The position numbers were made by a program, and so were the translations under genes. Below, piece after piece: positions 1 to 13,200 of a stretch of DNA of 64,000 nt. The stretch spans positions 26,676,628-26,740,627 of the forward strand of contig OZ037767.1 in assembly GCA_964035545.1 (NCBI GenBank). The letters run 5' to 3'. Numbering within the stretch: the stretch's first letter is position 1; each line of letters opens with the position of its first letter. The notes under the pieces are model-generated. The model saw only the letters and a program-made list of their open reading frames with translations, was not told the origin of the DNA and did not search any database. This stretch comes from Bugula neritina (Eukaryota; Animalia; Bryozoa).

Positions 1-1747
1 TTCATCAGTTAGCATAGCTTACTTATTATTAGTTTTCACTCTACTTCTAGCTAAAGCTAATAACTTTAAATCTAAAATATTTATAGCAATAGTGTATAAA
101 GACAATCCATAATCATAATCACAATGATAACAAATATGACATGACATGCTAAGCCCAGCTCTGGGTCTAATAATTACAACAGTCAGTAGTAAATACTAAA
201 TACAACTGATAATCTCAAATTTTCAGATAAATGACATATCCCTCCATCATCCTGCCCCAGGGTCATGGTCATCACTGATGAATTATTTGAGTCATAATGA
301 TATTGATAATGATTACCACATAATAATGATACTGATAACAATCATCATAATTTATTAATTATAATAATTATCAATTAGTGATGGTGATAATCATAATCGG
401 ATATAACCAATATGAATATTATAACAAACCTAAAGTAAAAGAAGCATCATAATTAAAATTATATTTATCAATCTAATTTAAATTATATTATCATTAATTA
501 AAATATTATTAAGGATTAATTTTACCATTATAATTACTAAATTATTTATAATTTACGTTGAAGTTGTATTGAATAATATTAAATATGATATTTATTGTGA
601 ATCTAAAATAAAAATCGAGATGGAACTAATTTCAATGTTTTATTATAATTATTAACAATACAAATATGAATTTCATTAAATGTATTAGATATCCATATGA
701 AATTGAAAGTCGTTATCAGTACCATAATATAAATATAAGTTAAACTTGAAGTATAATCGATATTCATATACATATTCTGATTCATATTAATATTCATATT
801 GATATTGATAGTCGCTATCATATTCATGACTATTGCAATATCAATGAGACTATGTCAAACTACAAGTGTTTTGTCTCTACCCTCATCTCAATGCATTATT
901 TCATAAATTCATACGTATAGTCTAGCAGTAGCTTACTTTTTACAAATTGATGGTGTAGCTATTAACTTTAGTCTTCAACTTTTGATTAGTGTTTCGCGTT
1001 TAGTACCATCCGGAAATATTAATCTCAAGGAATAGCTTTATACACTGTTATTAGACCATTTTCCAACTTTTTCATATTTTGTTAGAAGAGCGCTAATACG
1101 CCGTCACTGTTGGCGTGTACAATTTCACTGAAACACGTGGTGGTCAAGGTTAGTACAAGAGTTCAAATTTTCTGGTCAAAGTTTGGAAAGCTATCAATAT
1201 CTATCTCTAAACGCTAAATCACTTATTCATGTAACTTAAAGCCTAAGGTTTAACCTTAATATTTAGTTTTAATTATAATTTATATTCATATTTTTTTTAT
1301 TATATAATTTTCTACTAAAACAAAGTTGAAAACTAAAGTAAAAGTGTTGAGTAGGACTAGGCGAAGTTGAGCGTCCCAATGGCAATGGCAATGCCAATTG
1401 GCAATTGCAATTGGTTTTATTTTTAAAAGTATAACTAATAACTATAAGTATTGCATCTAAAATTAACATTCATAGTATTCAGTCGCTCATGACAATCCTA
1501 AAGTAATAACAAAATAATTGTAGTTAAATCCTAGATACTAGCGATGTATACACTATACAGTATATAGTGATTCAATAAATGTTTGTTCTGTGCTCTTGCC
1601 TCTGGCTCTTAGTCATACACTTACAGTCAGTGTGAGTGTGTTAGTAATACTAATATTTAAATTATTCATATTGTATTCAATTCAGAACAAAGTATAAGAT
1701 TGGCCACTAGAGCATTGTGATTGGGTGCAACAAGTATAGCTATCAAC

Positions 1748-4700
1748 ATGGAGGCAGTATTCTACTGGATGGAACTTTTACCTCAACGGTTACATGAAAC
1801 ACTTGGGGCGGAGATATCTGCTGTCAGACTCTTTTCTACATTGTTATATGGTAAGTTAACATGCATAATACACCCATGATCGTCAATGTTAGTGCTTATG
1901 CAATTTCAAATATTTTGTCATACTTTTATTCAAACTGTACTTGTAATTTGAGTTACCTATGTTGATTGCATTGCATTTGGTTGTTGAATAATAAGATTAA
2001 ATTTAATGCAAGTAAAGTCTAGTTACTGGCTGTTGTTACCTGTAAATATAATGAATATTTCAGTTTACGTACTTGCTATCATACAGCGACTGACATTAAC
2101 CGGGGCTAATGCTAATCTACATCATCTCTACCACTCAGTCACTGCTGCTTTTCTCCTTTATTATAACTTTGGTAAGCTGTTATAATCATTAGTATTTTAG
2201 TTCAGTTTTAGCTGTAGATGCACATGTGCATGGAAATGCATGTCTTTATTCATAGTATAGTGCTGCATGTTAGAAACTGCCGTGTCTACATGACATGGTC
2301 TTATTATTATTTATTTAGTTGCATTTGCTGTTACCTTCTGCTATAGATATTGTAATGCTAATTTTGTTTTTTTTTTATTTAGGTTTCACTTCCAGCTACT
2401 TTATTGGCAACATTGTAATTATTTATGTGATAATTGTTTTATTCAAGTCTTCCAAATATGCAGTCATTCTCTCACTTATAGTAAACCTGGTAAGTAGTAC
2501 AGACAAAATTATTATTTATCCTTGACCATTTTAAGTTTTATTTTTATGATTGTATAGTTGCTTGCATGGTGTAACTAACTTTCACATGTTACTATTATCG
2601 TTCCTGAGATTTGTTTCACAGACAATCGTAGTTGCATGTTTCATTGTTAACATATTTTATACATTAATTTCAAATGAAAACACCTGATGATATGGCTATA
2701 AGTTGCTACTCTAATCTCAAAATGACTGCATCAAATAGTGTGACTTTTGTTTTGAAGTATGAAAGATACTACTTAGTATAGCTTAGATCTGCTTTTGCAC
2801 GATTCCTGCATGAGTAATAAATAACTAGTAAAATAAAACATGGTATATTAATTATAATACTGTATAACACATCTCCTCTGTTTGCTTTCCCCTCCTTTAT
2901 TCCAGTGTTATGCTTCATGTTGCAGGGTATTTTAAGTGTGGGCTATGTTGAGAACTTGTACAGTGACGGGTCATATATCATCTCGTGGACTACCGCCCAG
3001 TGTGTGCTCACTCTTAAGTTGATAGGGCTAACTTGGGATATATACGATGGAGCTCAACAGGTACTCCAGCAGTTTATTTGACCTGTGTTTCATGTCCAGC
3101 GTCAAGATTTAATTCATCAGCCTGCTTAGCGTATTGCGTCTGCTGCCATCATATTGTGACTGAATTGTCGGCATGTTATGAAATTCCTCACCTGCAAGAC
3201 ACAGTTGATTTGTGAAGCACTTAGCTGCATTGGGCATCTCACAACTCAACCTAATACCAGACAAACCACCGTACCCTGTTGAAGATTTTAATTCTATAAT
3301 TGGCTTTAATAGTTCGTTATGAAAACTTTATCCTATCACTTTGTTAGCAAGTTTTATTGTTTTAGAATATAAAAGGAAAAGAGGAAACTGCTGTAACCTC
3401 AATTCCCTCCTTTCTCGAGGTTCTCGGTTTCTCCTACTATCCTCCTGGTTTAATGACTGGCCCGCAGATTTCATTCATGAAATACAAACGCTTCACGGAG
3501 GGCATGTTTGATCAACATCTATCCAAAAGGTTGAAGTATATAATATTTACAAGCTGCAGAATACATGTCAAGTACTTTGTCAAATAACCTGGTCAAATAG
3601 TTAATATGTTGATATGTACAGTAATTTGCATCGCATAAGTTTTGACTAAGATTCTACTTTTTGTAATACAATTGAAATGGTTTTTGTTACTGTTGACCTT
3701 ATGATACCAGTAATGTTATGGTTGTTTTATGTTGTTGGGCAGACAACTCCATAATTTCTAGGCATTGATGTTCTCTGTATTATTCAAACATTATGCTATG
3801 GCCATAGTATGGCTCTTTGTATTCAATGAACTAATCGTCCTGCTGCATGCCTAGCTGCTGCTGCTGCTTGCTCACTGGCTATGTTTATATTCCAGCTGGG
3901 TGTATGGTGTGTCTAGACTTATGGCTGGGTTGGTGTTTGTCATTGGATACCCTCTGATTGGCTCCCATCTACCAGTCAGTTACTTCTACACTCAACAGTA
4001 CACTGTAAGTTCTCTACTTCCCTGACTGATAGTGCTAGATTCATGGTTAACCAACAAATATAATACACAGAGCGCACATGCTTAAAATAACAATAATTTT
4101 ATACTACACACTGATTGTGGTTAGTGTGTTAGCTATTTATAGTCATTATTCAAGTGTATTGTTTTTAAATATATTACAGCATAACTTTGTTTATTGTACT
4201 AGCTTCGTTTGAAGGATAATTTGTTGCTATGTCTAATAATTGCAAAGGTGATATTTTTCTAATGATGTTACCAATGTGTAGAAGTGCAATAATGAGTTTG
4301 TACCTCTAAGTACTATTCACTGGTATTTATTGAAGGAAGACCCATTGGTATACAGACTGGGGTACATGCTATTGTGGGGTCAGATTGTTCTAGCCAGATA
4401 TGTTGGAGTTTGGCTTGTGGCTGTAAGTTTGTTTTTTATAACCTGATAAATTCTGCACTCTGTACATTGATCCCTGCTGGTTTAGTACACGCTTTATATA
4501 AAAACAGTGCTAGTGACGTCTTACATGCTAAATTAATTATTTCTCAATTATATATAAATATGCCTTACTTCACTAGTGCCTGTTATTCTCTTCTAATCTT
4601 TTCAAAGAGTCATTATTATATCTACAATATCATGATATATAATGGTCCAAATTAGTAACAATTTCTAACTTTTTGTAAACTATTAACTTGACTGTAAATA

Positions 4701-6816
4701 CGGCCATAAGAAGTATTGTTTGTAAAAAGCGTTGATATTGGGAACTCTGTGAAGAAACACTTGAAAGTTAATTTATTCAAGTGCATTGTTTTATGTATTT
4801 AATATTTTAAAATCATTATCCCTGTGAGAATCCATATTTAAGCAGGTTGGTGTCAAGATTAACTTCAATGTAGCTTAAAAATTTTCATTTAATTAAACTT
4901 AAATATAAAATTCAAAATGCTAATGCATAATATATTATCCAGGAGGGAAGTTGTGTCATCTCTGGGATAGCATTTAATGGCGTAGATAACTTTGGAAATG
5001 TCAAGTGGAACGCATGTGCAAATATTAAGCTATCAACATACCTTACAGCTACCTCTCTGCAACATTTTGTTGACAGCTTCAATATCAACACCAACAAATG
5101 GGTGTTAAAGTAAGTAAATAGTTTTGTTTACCTGTTGATTTATTTGCTTAACCATTTTGTGCCGCTGCTCAAGTTTTTTCGTTAAATGAGAGTCTTTTAG
5201 CCTAGCATATGCTGCATTGTATAAATCTTTAGATTATTCACTCAGAACATTTCAGTAATGAGTTACTTTTGATGGAGGCATCTGATGAAGACATTTAGAT
5301 GTAAACTGTGTCGTATACTAAAGTAGCTATTGAAAAGAAAACATGCACTACTCAATGTTGCTCGAAACACCCAATATTATGCATATTCAGAGAGTTTGTC
5401 AGTCTTTATCTGTAATCCCACACTTGACAACTAACAATCTTGGTGTAGAATACTTTATTTTGTAACCAATTGAATTTTCACCAGTTTTTAGAAAACTCAT
5501 CGGGCTGGAATGTTGAAGTCATGAATAATTTCTACCCTAAATTAATGGTAGTCATATTTTTTGTTGAATATTCTTAAATGTAAAATAGATGTTCTTTGCT
5601 AAATTTACTGCTTGCTAACCATTATTCACTTGCCGTTATCACATTTGGTTTTCTCTTCACCAGTTATGTCTACAAAAGACTGAGGTTTCTCAACAACAAG
5701 CAGATTTCGCAAGGGGTGGCTCTTTTATTTCTTGCTGCATGGCATGGCTTCAACTCTGGATACTTTATGTGTTTCTTCCTGGAGTTTGTGTTTATGAATG
5801 GGGAGAAGCAGGTAACATTTAAACCCTAGTTTTCACTTAAACTCTAATTGCACACTTAACTTGAGTGCTTAACTATGTCATCGCGCCTTTCCAGCACAAC
5901 TCTTGGTATTTGCTTTATTAATTCAAATATAATTTGCTTTTTTCAAATATCTCTTGTCAATTTTTATGCTGGCAGAAATCAAATAAGTTGAACAGCTAAA
6001 AAGTAAGAAAGAAAAGAGTTGTTTATGTTAACTAAATTAATTTACATTGTCCTTGTCCTTTAATTTTGTGAAGATTTTAAGTTGTTGGATATTCCACATA
6101 TACATAATTGTGTTGAGTTGTATTCTAATAGTTTTTGTTTTTTTGATTCTCAAGAATATGTGTTGCAGATATCACAGCTGTGTGAAAAGAAGAAGTTGCT
6201 GAAGGCCATCGTTACCCAGCCTGCTCTGGCAGTACTCATCAAACTGTTCACCAAAATATGTGCCACGTTCTTCTTATCTTACGCATTGATATGCTTTGAG
6301 CAACTTCAGTACTCTCAGTACATGACGGTAGGTAATGCCACCCAGTGTGTAAACAATGTCACATGATGATTTCTGCACATTCTGAGCACTTAGCTGTAGT
6401 CTGTTGTTTTCTATGACAGTTCATGTGACATTTATATATACACCATAGTGATATCAATCGAAAGTATAGTATCGCTGGTATATATTTTTATTTCTCAATC
6501 TGTCACCAATGTGATAGCTGTCTAGTTCGTAGGTGTCAATGCATCACCACGACAACTTTTTGAGTTAGATAGGTACATAGTGCTTCATTTGTCTACTCCA
6601 ACTAAATTCAGTATGTTAAGAAGCTTCACCAGTTCTTCATAGTACATCTGTATATTTTTGTTCTTTATGCAGGTATTTACATTCTCTTGGTATTTGTAGA
6701 TATACGCAGGTGTCTACTATATTCCTCATATATTTTACATTTTCATCTGTCCGTTAATGTGCTACGTACTGTCCGTGTTGCTACAAAATGACAAACCTAC
6801 TCAACTGAAAGAGTAA
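1748..6816 (+). CDS. LPCAT3: Lysophospholipid acyltransferase (MBOAT family, LPCAT3/MBOAT5-like), 11 coding exons
   Basis: Phase-consistent GT-AG exons at approx. 1748-1850, 2064-2171, 2383-2489, 2926-3060, 3366-3529, 3896-4004, 4336-4422, 4943-5109, 5664-5811, 6169-6327, 6700-6816. They give motifs SWTTAQCVLTLKLIGLTWDIYDG, LMTGPQ, SFNINTNKWV and YVYKRLRFLNNKQISQGVALLFLAAWHGFNSGY (MBOAT catalytic His), typical of LPCAT3. Confidence 0.92.
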
Positions 6817-7707
6817 TGACCAACTATTCAGCTAAACAAGATGTTAGTATTTATCGTTACCTTATAAGGACAAACCTATTTAATTGCATGAGGAAATAGC
6901 ATTTTGTATATCATGTACTTGTTACTAGTTACACTAATCAAAATTTTGGCAGTTTATTGACTTTCCATTTGCGTAATCTATTTGCTACCCCCATTTCTTT
7001 TTCATGAATTTTAAGTTTTCTTTGGCATTCCATTATGCAAATACAGATCGACATTATGGAAAAAATCTTTCTTAAGCAATTTATAACTTAAATTTGCTTA
7101 CAAGACACCATTAGTTTTTACTGCATCTGTAGCCTTTTCGTAATAATATGCAAAGCTAAATAGTTCAGCAATGTTATCAATATTCTTTTTTAAATTTGTA
7201 TGCAAAAAAAATTGTCTTTCATTGGGTTACATAATAGGTTCTAATGTAAAGGTAGCTGTTAATTTTGATATTATGCCAAAGTTGTTATGTGTTGGTGATT
7301 ATATTTTTGCTCAAATATTGAATCAGGTTTATACTAAAAGTAAGGATTGGGTTTATGTATCTGCCAGTTATATTATATGCATGATTTAATAATTATACTA
7401 CTGATTTATATGTACATCATTACTTTTGAAGTTGTTTTTTCCTATTATATGCCACAATGAATATAGTCTGCAAATTATATCAATCAGCATTCTATTGATT
7501 ACCAATAAACTAACAATTCAAATACAAATAGTGCTTTGTTTGACTTTACCATATAAATGTGTTCCTAAACAACAAATACTCATTGTCAATTAGCGTCAAC
7601 GATGTGGCCCATTGACTAGTTATTCAGCTTTTACTGTTGGCTGCAGACATATTTTGCAGTTAATGTAGGTTATAAAAAGTTATCCTCTTGTAAAAAACAT
7701 CTGGTGA

Positions 7708-9372
7708 ATGTCAATGTGTAGTATCTATGTTCTCGTCTTCTGCATATTCTGTTTAAGGTGAGAATCAACTATTGTGTGTGAATTGCTCTAACATAGGTGA
7801 AGTGAACTACAACTGTGCTACAGTTCATCCAAGCAACTGATCTAAGTAAATTAGAAAACATAATTAGCGGAAAAGTTGTGATATGTGGTTAGTCTCAATA
7901 TAGCCTGATAACTAATAGTGTCTACCATACAAAAATGTTGGCTAAATTATGAAAATTAGCTTTGATTAAATATTAATACACTACAAGAAATTATAAATGG
8001 CAAATTTGTAGATACTAATTACAGCATCACTTAGGGTCTAAATGTATAGCCTAACTTCTGTCTAAAGAAAATATACTTACACAGTTTCAGCCTATTCTAA
8101 TTTTAGTTGGTGAACTTTACATTTATTTCCTTTGTTATTATCTTGGTACTGTCATCATATTATCTGTATTTTTATAGAGCAGTGCATGCAAATAATTCTA
8201 CTCAGTCAAACCTGTCTGACAATGCTACTATAACACAGGACAACCTAACATTAGGGATCAATTCTACTAGAGCTTACTCAACTACTCAACTTGACAAAAA
8301 TCTGTCAAATGACAATAGAAAGAGGTAAAGCAAATGACTGTTGGTTAGAATAAAATAATATACTCAATTATGATTTGTTATTCAGTGAAAAGACGTCAGT
8401 TATTTTTACTCAGTTTCAACTGCCAATTTTTAACTTAGTCTTGAAGCATAGCTGCCTTCTGTTACAACTTTTTGTTAGAACTGAACGAAAACTACAAGCC
8501 TATAACTATAACTTGATTGGCTAACCACCTTATAAGTTGCACAGTTCATGATTACATGATAGCTGCAATGATATCATATTTTTTCTATGTTTGTTTTTAT
8601 GACAAATTATTGAGAAATTTAACTAATATATTTTACCAATAAGCAAATTTAAAGAAAATGCGCCTTTTGCAGATCTCAAAATCAAATTGATGAAAGATTG
8701 GTGTTCATTTATATCTTGATACCAGCTGTGGTCATTCTGATACTGGCTTGCTGTGGAATGACGTATAAGTACAGGAAAAGCAAGCCTTGGGCAGAGGGAC
8801 ACAGGCTTAGACGAGAAGGTCTGCGACTAAAGTATGCTGCGGGTCAGTCAGCGGCCGAAAGTGGCAGCGACACAGAAAGCAGCACCAACACACCCAACAA
8901 CTCAGATGATATCAGTCGTAATATAAAAAATGAAGCTCAAAATCAGCATCAGAGGAAAAAAGGTAATCTAGTATGTATAGGAGGTGTGGAGATCTTGTCA
9001 CACTGACAATTTAAATTAATATTGTCATGACATCATGAAATTAAATCTGAATTTTGATTGTCAAAAAATCTTTACTTTGATGCACACCAAAGACAATATC
9101 TTAGATGCAGCTGAAAAACGGTTTACTTAGTAGAAATTTTAGATACTACCACCACGTGAACAAAATTCAGCTTTTTACATTTGGATCCAAAAAAGCAAGA
9201 AATGTATTAATTGTAAAAGATCACTTGCAATTCTTACAATGTTGTGTAAATTATTTTGTACATCAGCTTGCAAGCATATTGTCACTTACAATTGCAGTGT
9301 AGTATCCAGTGTTTATTGCCAATTTTAGATCCCCACAATTTCACAGACATGTCAGTCTTCCATGTGACATAG
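7708..9372 (+). CDS. Orphan single-pass type-I membrane glycoprotein, ~176 aa, 4 exons
   Basis: Exons 7708-7757, 8178-8324, 8673-8962, 9329-9372 join in frame (531 nt). Signal-peptide-like MSMCSIYVLVFCIFCLRAVHA, Ser/Thr/Asn-rich ectodomain with several NxS/T sequons, hydrophobic LVFIYILIPAVVILILACCGM followed by basic YKYRKSK, tail ending FHVT*. Confidence 0.7.
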
Positions 9373-10203
9373 ATTAGATAATCTATAGCATAGACAGAAC
9401 AACATAACTGGATCTGCTTATGGAATATCAGCACCAGATATGAAAAACTCTCATCAACTTTCTTTTATATGTAATTGACAAAATCAACTGTTGAATAAAA
9501 ATTTAACAATGTTTATTGGTAGACATAATGGATTTTGTTATAAATACCACCATGTATATCACCTATTCACAAGAATCATGTATTGCACAACAGTTAGGCT
9601 TAAGCGCCAGACAGATAAACTCTGAGCGATCATTATATAATATTATAACAAAGTGTGAGCATGAGAATGTATTCTACAACCTGAACTGGCAGATTGATAA
9701 CAGGGAGCATAATTGTCTTATAAATATAGTGTTTCCAGCCTCATTACTGGTGGCCACAGTCCACTGAACTACTGTCCAACACAGATAAGAGTATAATTTC
9801 CCACAAAATAATATAAACTCCAGGTGTACAAGAGCAGTGAGACTAGCTAAGCAGAAAGAGAACAATGGAATCTAATAATACAGAATGTGCATAGTCAACA
9901 CTAGACAACTGGGAATACACCAAACCATACAAAAAGATGGCAGCAAAGTGTCCAGGAAGGTAGTTTGGTCAAAGCTTTGGAACAGATTCCTCTGAAGACA
10001 ACACTAGTTTAATTGATAAGCACAATCAGCAGACAAAGTTAAAACAGACTACTGATTGGAAATATTGTTAGCTGATTTCCTGTGACTAGGAAATACCGAG
10101 GAAAGTCATATATTTGTAGTGATTCAAAGCAAAGCCGACCCTTTTTATAAGTTTTAAAGGTTGTAACCATGGTTTTAAAGGTTGTAACCATGTAATTCTG
10201 AAG

Positions 10204-13200
10204 CTACTTCTGCCGAGACTTAATCCACTGCTCAATTTGGGACTTCAACTCTGTTTCTACAAAATAAAAACAATTATTAGCCTGAAAGCGTCAGGAGTTG
10301 TCTTTTCTAACAAACAAGTTTTACAGTTGGTTTGATATTAGAAATCTATGAAAAGAGCAAAATTTTCTCCAAAATACTCAATTCTTTAGAATGTGAGCTA
10401 CAGTAGTCCATAAAAATTATCTGTTTGATTTGGTTATTTTAATAAATGACAATTAAGTATGAAATCAACCAATTCTTACACCCACACTCTATAAGTCAAA
10501 GTATATTCATTGCACAACATTTACTAAGTCCCAACGGCACAAGTTAAGGACACAAATTATTTCCTATTCAGATTCACATCTGATTATTCCTTAACAAAAC
10601 AGTCACTGCATGAAGCTTTAAAACTAAAACAAATGAAAAAAATATCTGGAAAAGAAAATTGCGCATATCCACAGAAAAGCAATGACTGCCAGCGTCAAAG
10701 GATATGACAAAAAGTGACATTCGGCAGTGGAAGGTTTACCATCTATAAGATCTTCTTCCCTGAGGTATTTCCTGTTGAAGGGGTCTTCAGGTTTGTTGAG
10801 GAGTTGTCGGAGAATGTTCTTTCTGTCCATGACGATGTTTGAGGTGGGAAGACGCACAGGGTCGGTCATGAGAGTATCCATAACAGGGTCTGTAATCATA
10901 TCATAGAGTAATATAATGTACAGAGTAGCATAGTCAGCATATAGTAATATAATGTACACAGTAGCATAATCATAGCATATAGTAACATAGTGTAGTATAT
11001 AATATAATGTAGTATATAGTATAATGTAGTGAGGAGATATTGTGTAGTATATAATATAATGTAGTGAGGAGACATAGTGTAGTATATAGTATAATGTAGT
11101 GAGGAGATATTGTGTAGTATATAATATAATGTAGTGAGGAGACATAGTGTAGTATATAATATAATGTAGTGAAGAGATATTGTAAAGAAGTACCTTTAAA
11201 CTCATCTGGAGCATCGGAGAGGTCTATGTCTGTCTGTGCCTTGCTTGCCACGATTTCATCGACAGCTTTGCCGAGGTTAACAAACTTCTCTATCTCTATG
11301 GACGACTTTATGTTGGCAATCTTCATCTTGGAGAGGGCGTCGGGAAACAAATCTCTGTGGTATGACCTCTGCAGCAAGAATGTAAAACACTGTAGACATC
11401 AATAGAGTTCTAAAAGTGTTTGTATTTGTGAAGTTGACTGAATAGTACAGCGCAGGTGCAGAATGTAGTAGAGAGATTATTTGCAAGGAAAGGGGCTAAA
11501 ACCGTAGCCACCATCCCAATATACACAATTACATATGTAGCCCAAGTTCTAATTCCTACCTCATCATTAGCTAGGGCAGCAGCAAACACCTCACAATCTA
11601 GATTTATATAAATAGCAGTCAAGCTGTCTAGAAGTCGCTTTGGTTCCCAGCCATACTTCTGAGAATTCATCACTTTTAGGTTCTTACATTTTGGTCCGCA
11701 AAGTTGCTTCAGGTTGAAATTCAGCATAGCAGCGAGTCTGTCTGCAAGTTCCTAGAAAACACAGTTCTGATTGGATAATCTACAGTGTCAGTGGCTCTGA
11801 TTGGATAATCTACAGTGACATTAGACCTAATTGGATACTCTACAGTGTATCTATACGTGTGGATTGTTTAAAAGATCACACAAGCAATGATAATTATTCC
11901 ATTGAACGCCACAATAAAAATGTATCATTAGCAGCGAACTAAAAAACTACAACTGAAATAAAAGCTGTGAGGCAATCAAATGTACACAACCCATATTCTT
12001 TAATCATAGAAAATAGTAAAATAATAGCATAATTATACACAAAGTAACTACAAAAGCATAGCAAATATGAGACTCACTGGAATGAGAAAGGGTTTGCAGA
12101 TGTACTCTGTGAGATATCTAAACATTTCAACAGTCTCTGAGCCAAGAGTAAGATATGACCTGCACTGTCTCTCTTCCTGGGCCAAGTGTTTCTGCTTACT
12201 CTGTAAATATCCAAATGAAAGTAGACGTAAATTGAGAGTCTGAGGAAAATGGGAGACTTTGTTTCTACTTTACAGATGGAACCACACAAGAATAGCAATA
12301 ATTTCAAGCATTTGCAACTTCCTAAGAGTTGGGTATTTGTTGAGATTTGGTAATCTAAAACTTATCTAGTTGCTGGGAATTGTCTACACAATATGATTTG
12401 AATTGTGTTAACTTTTCAGTTTTTAACAAAGTTGACTGTTCACATAGTTACAAAATAACGACAAAAGCAAACTATACAACCTTAAAATCGTGATTTACAC
12501 CGACCTGCTGTGTTTCTCTGCCGAGTTTGTCCCACTCAGTGGGATTATTCATCAACGTCTGCAACTCATTGATAGTCTTCAGTGAGTCCATACTCTCGTC
12601 CAATAGGAATGTCGTGTCATTGGTCAGCATGTTGACGAATCGAGTGAAATCACTTTTAGCAGCACTAAAGTAAAAGGTCACAATATAACTCATAACACAC
12701 TAGTAGTTAAGATGCTTTAACAAGCAGAGGTACTGTTAGTAAGAGTGGAGAGTAAATTATACATTTATACACACAGCCACCTTTGAGCAAAGCCACAAAT
12801 AAAAATTTAATTTTATAGAATCATTAATGTTGTTTTAGCTGCAAGCTTTATTAAAACCACAAACGTATAAAACATTAATTACACAAGTATGAAACCAACT
12901 AATAATTAACCTGCTTCCCTAAACTAATCAGTGGCAGTGATAGGACTAAACGTATATAGATTCATAGTGACTTAAATATATAAATAGACGCACTTACTTT
13001 GCTGTACTGATGAACTGAGATTTATGGGAAGGATTTGCCCACAATGTTTTGAATATCACACTAATCTGATAGCGAATACTGAACTTGTCAAAGAATTCAT
13101 TGTGGGACCCTGTACTCTCAATGTCTAGACAATAACATATATCCAAGTTTAACACAGTACATGTAACAGTACATGTAACAGTATGTTATAGTATGTGTTA

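Noticed and set aside
603-827. 74-aa Asn/Ile/Met ORF and similar ORFs at 1269, 22637, 39937, 40862
   Set aside because: By-products of the hexamer-periodic tracts; no splice or homology support.
5275-5320. Hammerhead-like CTGATGA-AGACAT-TTAG-ATGT-AAAC
   Set aside because: Lacks the GAAA core and convincing stems I/III; at most a decayed relic.
6358-6430. Possible C/D snoRNA (ATGATGA, internal CTGA, 9-bp terminal inverted repeat)
   Set aside because: No CTGA D box next to the 3' stem, and no target could be identified by eye.
10624-11377. Long ORFs with [14 protein letters not shown] repeats
   Set aside because: Read-through of UBE4B exons into an intronic minisatellite.
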